A stretch of DNA of 64,000 nt, from positions 8,829,846 to 8,893,845 of the forward strand of contig CM082577.2 in assembly GCA_040954595.2 (NCBI GenBank). The letters are read 5' to 3'. Positions 55,066 to 64,000 of the stretch are shown piece after piece. Within the stretch, counting starts at the first letter, position 1. Each line of letters starts with the position of its first letter. Both the position numbers and the translations under genes were made by a program. The DNA is from Balanoglossus misakiensis (lineage: Eukaryota > Animalia > Hemichordata). A model generated the notes under the pieces. It was not told the origin of the DNA and did not search any database. It was given only the letters and a program-made list of their open reading frames with translations.

Positions 55066-56359
55066 GTAAATATGCCATTTACACTGGTATCCCGAGGAAA
55101 CCATGGTGAGCCTTATTATTAAAACAGTGAGGGAAAGAGTGAACCATTAATACTGAACTTTTATCCCAATCTGTATGGCTGGATTACTTACCTGTTGAGC
55201 TGCTGATAGGCAATTTACCACCTACGCAGGTAATAAGTCTCTTCGATTCTCAAGGAGCCTTTGAATATTATGAAAACTGAATGTATGTTACCTGGGGGGA
55301 TTAATTGTCTCAGACTTGCATCACCCCTGTCTTTTTTTTAAGGGTAAATGGTGCTGCATGATTTTTTCTCAAAACCATAATTCTCGTCAGATATCAATTT
55401 CATTTAAGCTGATCTTTGCTCAGATTATATTCCTAAAAACCAGACGTTATACATGTTTTATGACATTATTCAAATGATAATGATTGTCAATTAATACTTG
55501 ATTTGTTTTTGTCATTTTATCTTTTTTTCATTAGGGAGTTGCAGGAAGAATGTAACATAGTCTCAGATGGACTGGACAAAATAGGTTTGCTGGACTTTGA
55601 ATTCAAAGATGATCCAGTCATCTTCGAGGTACATGTCTTCAAGACTAACTCTTATCGTGGTGAAATCAAGGAATCGGAAGGTAATAGAAACTATGGTCTG
55701 CATGTTTTGCACGATTCACATTTAGGGAGTGTTCAGAAAATACTTCGGGGGGGGGGGGGGGGGCATAGATTTTTGTCATAACAAAAATCACCAAGAAAAT
55801 GCAAATCCCCCCCCTCCCCCGGAAAGTATAATCTGAACACTCCCTTATGACCCATTTATGTTCCTTTTGTTGCTCTCTTCAGTCAGTATTCTAACATTGT
55901 GTTGCAACACGATCGAATATGCATGACCACAGGTAGCCATTTTGTTACGATTTTTTCATATCGAGAACTGTATCATAGACATGACTGCACCAAATTTCAT
56001 TCAAACTTGATGCATTGACAATGTATGTTCATGTATAATGATGTACATATAGCAAAGTGCCATGATATGAAACATTGTGACTGTTGAGTGGCCAGTTATG
56101 AATACAGGTTAATCATATATTGTCCACTCAAGTCTCAATCTCTTTGATCTTTTCAGAAATGCTGCCGAAATGGTTCAATGCCGAGGACATCCCATACAGC
56201 AAGATGTGGCTGGATGACACCCACTGGTTTCCCTTCATGCTTCAAGGATTCAAATTCTACGGCTACTTTCTCTACCACGGTCACAACGAGATACTCCGAC
56301 ACAGAGTGAAAAAGTTAGATGAAGTGCGCTGTCATCTCCAGGAGTTCAGAAACAGTTGA
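54905..56359 (+). CDS. NUDT1: Oxidized purine nucleoside triphosphatase NUDT1/MTH1, paralogue a; join(54905-55065,55535-55680,56157-56359), 169 aa
   Basis: MSGRYTKKILSLVFV...[39 protein letters not shown]...EMLPKWF...MWLDDTHWFP: Nudix box plus the MTH1-specific KKRGFG-WNGFGG and W-x-DD motifs; GT-AG introns with consistent phases. Confidence 0.95.
55535..55680 (+). CDS. NUDT1: NUDT1a coding exon 2 (146 nt)
   Basis: RELQEECNIVSDGLDKIGLLDFEFKDDPVIFEVHVF; pyrimidine tract plus TAG acceptor and GT donor. Confidence 0.95.
55725..55844. mobile_element. PIF/Harbinger-type MITE in the NUDT1a intron between coding exons 2 and 3
   Basis: TTA-GGGAGTGTTCAGA...TCTGAACACTCCC-TTA; 3-bp TTA target duplication; internal poly-G and poly-C tracts. 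Confidence 0.8.
56157..56359 (+). CDS. NUDT1: NUDT1a coding exon 3
   Basis: EMLPKWFNAEDIPYSKMWLDDTHWFP...*; AATAAA at 56365. Confidence 0.95.
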
Positions 56360-57579
56360 TGCAAAATAAACTAGGCTTTTGCTGTGAGAACACATTGTGT
56401 CGTACGTCCTACCGTTTGTTAAAGGGACAAAACTGACACATCTGAGTGTTTTGGTTATTTCTTTGTTAACAGTTACTTGTATTGTTATGATGACTTTTCT
56501 TAAAAATCAATGTTCAAATCCCTGCTTTTCCTATTGGTAATAGACTTTTTGCATATCCAATGTGCATTTAGGTCAAAGGTCAGTAAGAGTGTATAGTGAA
56601 AAGCATCCAAGCGGGTTTTGGAAGGTTTCTTGTTTAAATGAACTTTTCTTATTTGAACCGAGTACAGTAACCAGACTGAAGCTGAAATTGCAGCCATTGA
56701 GAACCCATGCCCTCTTATAGGCATGGAATATGCTTTCAAGCAAACAATATGGCACATTATATTGCTGGATGATGGAAAATCTTTTACTTGTTTGCGCAAA
56801 GAATTTTTGCAAAATCAGGGCCAACAATTCAACAATTGCAGCAGGTTCTGGTAAAAGATAGAACTATACATACAAAACTCCTCACACATGATAGCTGTCA
56901 GAGCTAGGACTTGGGGGTTCCTTCAACACATCATGAAACTGGATATGTTTTAAACTTTTAACCTTTTCCCCAGTTGGAATTTAACTTTTTTTTTCAAAAT
57001 AAAGGCAAAATAATGCATGGTCACCATGTGAACAATTGAAGTAAGAGTGCATATTGTACCCCAATACATTTTTAACCTGAGTCTTCTCAATGCTGTCGTG
57101 TCAAGGGACAGCAGTACAGGTTTAATCACTACATATACTAGTGTGTCATTGAAAGGTGGGCAAGTCTGAAAACCCGGACCGAGACGACTTTGCTCATTTT
57201 TATTATTGTTTGCAGTATGACACCAAACATGTTTATGATACAGAGGGGGGGGGGGGAGGGTAGACTCTATGGCAGTCGCTGTGCCTGTCGATAAGGAACT
57301 TTTCGAACTTTTGTGTGATTAGCGTCGCGTCCACAGGACGTTCTGTACGTAACGTGGACGCGCATTTTCATTTTCAGTATCACACAGTCTTGGAGCAAGA
57401 CTAGGGGGAGGGTATATAACAACGTTCTCCCTTGAGTTGCTCCCCATGACATGACGTCAATGCGTATATTTATAGAGAATCCAATTTCTGATCGACCCCA
57501 TCTTTGCATGCATTTCACACATGGGTGTCATCTTTGACACCCGAAGGACAACGCATGGTGTCTGAGTGTGCGTAATTAA

Positions 57580-57617
57580 TTCTGACCACAGTCCCTCAAG
57601 AGGGACTGTGTTCTGAC
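57580..57617. mobile_element. 24-bp palindrome between 7-bp direct repeats; probable P-superfamily transposon excision footprint
   Basis: TTCTGAC-CACAGTCCCTC-AA-GAGGGACTGTG-TTCTGAC. Confidence 0.6.
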
Positions 57618-58664
57618 CCAATTAAGCGCTGCTAGTTCATAATTCTGAAAATCCTCACGAACAATATTCTCAAGAGGGATAAGCTTAATTCTCATTGGAT
57701 ACAAAGCTTACATCATCAAGAGAAGGTGTCGATTTTTCAGTACACATCTGTTTTATTTTTTGTTTTTGACACCTGCAGACTGAAGGACGATGTTCTGGCC
57801 CAATTATGTGCTGCGGGTTCATGATTACAAAAATCTCTGCAAAGATCCTAGCTCGAGAACAGTGTTCTCAGGGGTTTTGAGCATGTGATGGCTAACAAGT
57901 GTTAAAACGTGTCGCTTTGACACGCTACCATGGGTTCATTATCATATTAGAAAATGGCCATGCTTTAATTTCTATTCTAGATTATTTTCGCTTAAAATTG
58001 AGAATGAAAATTGGGAGTTGACCATGCAGACAGATTATAAATGAGAGAACAAAATTGTCTTAGTGTATCTTAGGAGCTTGGTTACCATGGTAATGAAACT
58101 CAGAAACATTTATTGATTTTGAAGATAGTAAGGTATATGTGAAAATTACAATTGTCTTCTGAATTCAGAAGCTGGTGCTGGCGGTATATATAGTCCGATT
58201 GAAATGTATAATATGTTGCGAATCCACAAAACATGTGAAACCTTAAAAGTTATAATTTCTTACAATTTGTATATAGAGTGGTATTGGTGCAGCAGCTTTG
58301 TTCAGAGTCTGGTGAAGTGTGCAACTCAGAGTTTTGACAATTTTGCCTTCCTACACTCCCTGTTGATCAATACAGTTAAAGTTCATGAAATACAAGGCAG
58401 TGGTGAATTTAGTCGAGAAGGAAAAGAATTACTGCTGGGTCAGCATTTTTTTACCAATGGATTTTCTATGAGTGAACACATTCAGCAAAGTTTATCTCAA
58501 AATTGAGCAAGATGACCATGATGTCATTCGACCATTGAAGTTTAAAATTCATTTGACTGAGCTATCTCTGAAACTTCGTGAAAATAACCATAGCAGAATG
58601 TTGTATCTATATACTAGCAATTCTCATTGAATCTGTGCCATAGCGGGAGCTATTTAAAATACAG

Positions 58665-58774
58665 GCTTGTCAAAAGAGGGCGCTAACCTAAAGTCGTTTG
58701 TGACCTCCTTGTGTGACCTGGCTGTGACCCCTGTGCGGGAATTTGACTGGCCGGAGAAACCCGAGATAACACAG
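58665..58774 (+). other. Probable non-coding 5' exon of NUDT1b
   Basis: Strong CAG|GTGAGA donor at 58774, 290 nt before the coding-exon acceptor. The frame that would join NUDT1b contains stops, so it would be UTR. Confidence 0.45.
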
Positions 58775-59065
58775 GTGAGACCACATCCACAGGGTGTGTG
58801 GTGTGTTTGTGTGTGTGTGTGGGGGGGGGGGTGTATGCGTGTGGGTGGGTGTGGGGGGTTGGGTGTATGCATGGGGGTGTTTTAGTTATTAATTATAATA
58901 AAAAGATGTGTGTAAAAATATTGTTTACAAATACATGTATATGGTCACATTTGTTTGTTGACAGGTATAATAAAACAGTACACATAATGGGAAAATGCCA
59001 AATAACAATAAGCTGTGTTGTTGAAAGAAAATTCTATCATTTTTTTACTTATATATTTCACAGAT

Positions 59066-59235
59066 ATGGAATCATCCAAAAAAGGAATTAAAAAGAAACT
59101 CTTGACGATACTGTATATTGTGAAAGATGGGCAAGTGCTGCTGGGTCTCAAGAAGCGAGGTTTTGGTGCGGGCAATTGGAATGGTTTCGGTGGCAAAGTC
59201 CAGGAGGGCGAAAGCATTGAACAAGCAGCCAAACG
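59066..59235 (+). CDS. NUDT1: NUDT1b coding exon 1
   Basis: CAG acceptor ending at 59063, ATG at 59066, CG|GTGAGT donor. Confidence 0.93.
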
Positions 59236-61598
59236 GTGAGTCTGGGAACCATATAACACATATTGCTCCAGATGACAATTAAGATGATCTGCGCGGTAAT
59301 CTACAGTAAACTATAGCCTTAAATCTTTTCAACTACAGTCACACAAGATATCTCCAATGCGCTATTAAGTGTGTTCTAAATGTAATATTATCATCAAACA
59401 GACCGTGCAATTTTCACTGTGTATAATTTTAGATCATCCCACCGAGTGTAATTGTTTTTGCCTCGTGGGTGAGTGATGATGGCTTCCTCCTTTGATTGAA
59501 ATGGCTTTTCATAAAGAGGATACTCTGTGTCGTCCGTGACAGTTGATTGGGACAAGATAATGGGGCAGGAAATGAGGCAATCAAGTCATGTGGACTCGTT
59601 ATACCCAACATGCGGAGGTGGTTGTTTTCCAGGGCATGCTTGGATGAGACACAGTGATTGTCTGTGGCCTGTTAGATGATTATGTATCTATAGAGTCTAT
59701 GTACTTGTCTTTGTACAACCAGCTGCCATGTCTTTGTTCTCCAAAAGTTTGTGAAAGAGTACGTGCCATCAGAGTTATGAAAAGTATGAAAAGTCTTATG
59801 AAAAGTGTGTGTGTGTTGCTTGATTTGCAGAGAGTTGGAGGAAGAGAGCAGTCTAACTGTAGATCACCTGCAGAAGATCGGAGTCGTTGATCAAGAATTT
59901 GTCGATGACCCTGTCATTTTGGAGATACACATCTACAGAGCAAACAGTTACCATGGTGATCCGACAGAATCAGAAGGTAGGTCGGGGTGCAGTGTGGATG
60001 GAGCTTCCGCAAAAATCAGTCAGAACCTATATTTTTACATAAATGGACAGACTTGTCTTCAGCCGATGCTTTGGTTGTCTTTGTTTCATTTTTCAGAGCA
60101 TATATGGCACACACTCCCATAGACTCTCTCTCACAGCCCACGGTTCGCTACAACAAGGCTCTTCACTGACACGCCCTCAACCGTTTGGCAAGAAGCAGGG
60201 AGAAGCATCGTTTGGTGTTGTGTAGCGAACCTCTCGCCGGGCACACATGCAATCAGACCAAAAGCCTGCACGGACGGCGAGAGGGGTTGTGAGAGCTACT
60301 GAGTCTAACACTCCCACTACAGTCTCCCTCCCTACCCCCGACCCCCCTCCCCCTTTCTACCCCTCTCCATTCCTCTCTGTGTGTGGAGAAAATGCCTGTG
60401 ATACAATCTCAAGGGCACAATTTGCCCACATTAGACTTAATTTTAATTTAAAACCCCCAAACATTGAACATAAATGAATAAATAACAGCCTTCCATTGTG
60501 TGCATGCTCCATGGAACTTTTACAACAGCGATAAACCTGATAAATTCCAAACAGAGAAAATCCTTTTTCAAGGCCTGTTGGAATATCGTTTGTCAATTTT
60601 GTAGTGGGTGTCTCAAAGAAAGCTATATATTCAGATGACGTAACTCGACATGTAGATTATAGACTTATGAAATGGGGGAATTTGAACAGATTTGAGAGAA
60701 ACTTGATATTTTTTGTGAAAATTTAATGCAATGCAAATCTTGCTTGTATTTAAATGTTGGAGACTGGCGAGTCTTTCAGTACAAGTGACATTTGCATTCA
60801 TGAATAATGCAGGCTGACTCCACAGGTGAAACAGATTATCTTAAGTAATTTATCCGCATGTGTGAAACAGAGTTTTTTGTTAATGAAACTCATTCTGCGC
60901 ATATGTAGCTTTCAGTTTCAGGATTAGAAATGGAAACTGATTCCCCCTATGAACAGCAAAGTTTCAGATATTTTCCCCCAAGCAGAATAGTGTTAAAATA
61001 AGTTGTAAATTAAACAACCTGTCCAGGAGAAACATACGTCGTATACAAAACCTAGATGCATGAACATAGTATGTGAGGGTTGGATATATACTCCAATGTG
61101 CTAATAGCACATTGGAGTCATGTGCATTGCCTTTAAGAAGGCCAATCATCATTGGCCATTTGTTTGTCTGCTGTACACCTGTTAGGAGAGTGAACTGCCA
61201 ATGAAAAACAACCTTTCAAGACTGATGTACATTGTGTGTGAAATGCACTGCTCTGTGTGTACATTTATTGATTGCAACCGTATTCAGGTTCTCATATGTA
61301 CAAGCAGTGGAGTAGAAGCATTTCTCTGCCAATAGAGGGCGCTTTTAGAACACCAATCGCTCTATAAACGTTTGTCTCATTTTGTGTGTGTGCAGAGATG
61401 AAGCCCCAGTGGTTTGACGTCGACAAGATCCCCTTTGATGAGATGTGGCTGGATGATCGGCAGTGGTTTCCCTACATGCTGAAGGAGACCCCATTCTATG
61501 CCTACTATCTCTTTAAAGGCTTCCACAAGATACTGAAGGAGAATCTTCGAGAAGTGAGCGCGGCGGATATCAGGAGTCATCTGGATAGTTCCAGGTGA
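59066..61598 (+). CDS. NUDT1: NUDT1/MTH1 paralogue b; join(59066-59235,59831-59976,61396-61598), 172 aa
   Basis: [19 protein letters not shown]...[40 protein letters not shown]...EMKPQWF...[10 protein letters not shown]; intron positions and phases are the same as in paralogue a. Confidence 0.95.
59831..59976 (+). CDS. NUDT1: NUDT1b coding exon 2 (146 nt)
   Basis: [36 protein letters not shown]. Confidence 0.95.
60120..60307. mobile_element. Non-autonomous DNA transposon with a 9-bp target duplication (Academ/AcademH-like termini)
   Basis: ACACTCCCA-TAGACTC...GAGTCTA-ACACTCCCA, plus subterminal inverted segments CTCTCACAGCCC/GGGTTGTGAGAG. Confidence 0.75.
61396..61598 (+). CDS. NUDT1: NUDT1b coding exon 3
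   Basis: [26 protein letters not shown]...*; AATAAA near 61824. Confidence 0.95.
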
Positions 61599-61713
61599 AG
61601 AGGACAGATTGGAGACTGGATAGAAATTACTCAGAGAGCATTCACTTTGTTCGTCTCAGGTGAATGAAGCCAGCTAGTTCAGTGATTTTCATGCATCCTG
61701 ATGCAGTTCAGTT

Positions 61714-61807
61714 TTAACCCTTTGACCCCCAGTTCCCTCTTTAGAGGTCCAGCCTTACCATAGAAAACAATGGCTTTGGACTGAACCATGGTGGCTAAGA
61801 AGTTATA
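61714..61807. mobile_element. piggyBac-type MITE family C in the NUDT1b 3' UTR region
   Basis: TTAACCCTTTGACCCC...AGAGGTCCAGCC...AACCATGGTGG; right end degenerate. Confidence 0.65.
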
Positions 61808-63870
61808 ACAGGCAAGTAAATGAATAAATAAAGACAGGGCCAAATTTCTCCAAAGTTTCAGAGGAGTTTTCCGCAGTTGAAACCAAGAATCCAAGTCCTG
61901 CACCTTCCAAATACCTGTCGTCAGAGAGATGACCCCTGACCCAAGGTGCTTAGCCCCAGATCTGTTACGGTATAAAGGATAACGTTACAAACAGGACCTG
62001 TGTACGAGCTGTTTACACCAAACAAGTCACTATAATGCTTCCCAATTTCCCCTCAGGAACTTGGAAGCCACTCAACTGTTGACATTACAGGAATCATGTA
62101 ACAGAAGAAGTTAAATGAAACTCCGGCTCAATCGCCCATGAAATGAACACCTGGTGAAAATGGCACGACTCTTCGCGGTTTTGTAATTCAAAACTTTGCA
62201 GTGCGCGATTTCAAAACAGGAAACGACTGGCAGCTCCGGGGAAATGTTACATGGATTTTATTGCATCTACAGTATTAAACAGGACACGAAAACCATGCAC
62301 TGAAACGTACACTGATTATTACAGAGCAGGGTTAAGTATATACATAATAAGCGGCAATGAATCTGACTGAGGTATGAAATGGACACATCAAAATACTGTT
62401 GAAATGTACAGGGCAGATGTGTTTCCTAGTCAGCTCAGTGTGAAATTAATACATTTAGTACATCACTGTTGTGATTCAACTATCGTCTTTGTTAGTAATT
62501 CAGGAGTTCTGTGTGTAGTTGTACTTCAAAGGAAATACTATATTTCCTATGTGAGAAGCACTGCCATGTCATAACATTATGAAATATTTTTTTTAAAAAT
62601 ACCTGTTATATTTATACGGGTTAATTAGGAGCCTGATACTCTGTGCTTGTCAATGTGGGCATTATCTTTTGGAAAATTTCATGAACTTTGACAAGCAGTG
62701 GTCGGTCATTTGGTGCAAGACCGAGTTTTGGACTCCAGGCTTATATCCTGGGTGATACCTCAAACATAAAACATTTGAGAGAAAACCATATTTAAATCTG
62801 AGCTTGTAGGTCAGGTCTTTGGTATTTTGGTCAGTGGAAATAACACTGAGCTACTCTCAAAAGAAGTAAGACTATAGCTTAACTCAAGTGTGAATGGTTT
62901 GTCATTATTGTTGTGTAAGTTTTGTTACTTGAACATACAGAATAATACATGAAAAATGTTGACGAAAATAATATGATTTCAGAAGTTCGCATTTTCAGAT
63001 GTAAATGCATGGCGCTTTTTTTCAATTGGACGGATAATGTACATGTAATTTCACCACAGAACACCAGGCATACAGCTACACCAGATAAAACGCTGGCACA
63101 TAAATACAACATGCGGTATTTGAATATGTTTTATGCCCAGCGAAAACATGTTGACAGACTCTTCTGAACAATTGAGCAAATTCCTCTTGTGATACAAAAA
63201 TAAAATGTGATGTTGCTTACAAAAAGAATTGTACATTCAGCATACTGATAGTTTTATAATAAAATTCTCACCTAGCACTTACAATTTGCACATTGTACAT
63301 CAATAACCAGAAGTGGTACCGTCCGTATGTTTGGTTTTGAGTGGTTAAGTGGCCTCGTTTCATTTTGACATATTTGACACATCTACCAATCTTTAAGACT
63401 GAGCTATGGACAGCTACATACACTTTCAACGCCAACGAATCTATGGTTTGTGGAAGATAAATAATAAGTTACCCACACGATGAAAAGGGACTGCATTAGC
63501 AATGTGGAAGATGTCGATAAAAATCAGTTGGGCTATAAATTAAAGTGAGTTGCAAGTGTTAGACTTCATAATACTAAGCACATTAGCCATCTGCTGATAG
63601 AGGGCGCTATGCTAGACATGACAATCAAACATAATTCAGTAAAACTAAAATAGTCTTTAGTTTTCACCGAACATCTGGTTGGACTTGATTATGTAAATGC
63701 AATGAAGATTTGGAATATTGAACAATTTATTGAAATATTAAAAATTCAGAGGCGAGCAACTGCCTCAGGTCTGCATGATCGTTTGATTCTTGACAAGATT
63801 TCATCGAATCTTCATTAGTCCCTTCTCCGAGTGTGTTGTTGTTTACAGACGTTCGCATCTTCTCTGACCG

Positions 63871-63936
63871 TTACGCCACATGCCATCCAACCAGACACCC
63901 TGGTTTGTTGTCAAGAACGCCGCAAGTCATGCACGT
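63871..63936 (-). CDS. Probable terminal exon of an unidentified gene continuing beyond the window (TCMTCGVLDNKPGCLVGWHVA*)
   Basis: Strong acceptor CTTCTTTTTCTTCTATACGCTTCCACAG; the phase-0 frame gives a Cys/His-rich peptide ending in TAA; minus-strand AATAAA downstream (~63726). The phase is assumed. Confidence 0.45.
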   Translation of the reverse strand, partial: TCMTCGVLDNKPGCLVGWHVA

Positions 63937-64000
63937 CTGTGGAAGCGTATAGAAGAAAAAGAAGTGTATCAGTTTGATCGTTGATGGCGCTATCAACGTT

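Noticed and set aside
54772-55122. Three ORFs over NUDT1a exon 1
   Set aside because: Antisense or alternative frames; the real frame starts at 54905 and is spliced.
58667-58885. 72-aa ORF as an N-terminal extension of NUDT1b
   Set aside because: Splicing at 58774 in that frame is out of frame with NUDT1b, and the compatible frame has stops.
1-64000. CRISPR arrays, operons, prokaryotic defence systems, tRNA or rRNA genes
   Set aside because: The DNA is eukaryotic and intron-containing; no regularly spaced repeat-spacer array and no tRNA or rRNA signature were seen.

Overview
This is eukaryotic (metazoan) genomic DNA, AT-rich with spliceosomal introns. Gene structure, repeat content and CpG mosaicism suggest an invertebrate deuterostome such as a hemichordate; this is an inference. 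Three spliced genes could be rebuilt by hand from splice signals and translation. (1) GPS1/CSN1 (COP9 signalosome subunit 1) is on the minus strand, with 13 coding exons over 17341-53571 and 489 aa. Its canonical last exon lies 21.8 kb away behind a GC-AG intron, which also holds a candidate alternative terminal exon. (2, 3) Two intact, diverged tandem NUDT1/MTH1 paralogues lie on the plus strand (54905-56359 and 59066-61598); the first is head-to-head with GPS1. A probable terminal exon of a further minus-strand gene lies at the right edge. The first ~15.5 kb has no recognisable gene and looks CpG-rich. Mobile DNA includes a Penelope-like fragment carrying a minimal hammerhead ribozyme inserted in a (CATA)n tract, several MITE families with TA, TTAA, TTA or 9-bp target duplications, a double-hairpin element and a probable P-superfamily excision footprint. 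Most entries in the ORF track are spurious. No database searches were run; family assignments rest on recalled motifs.
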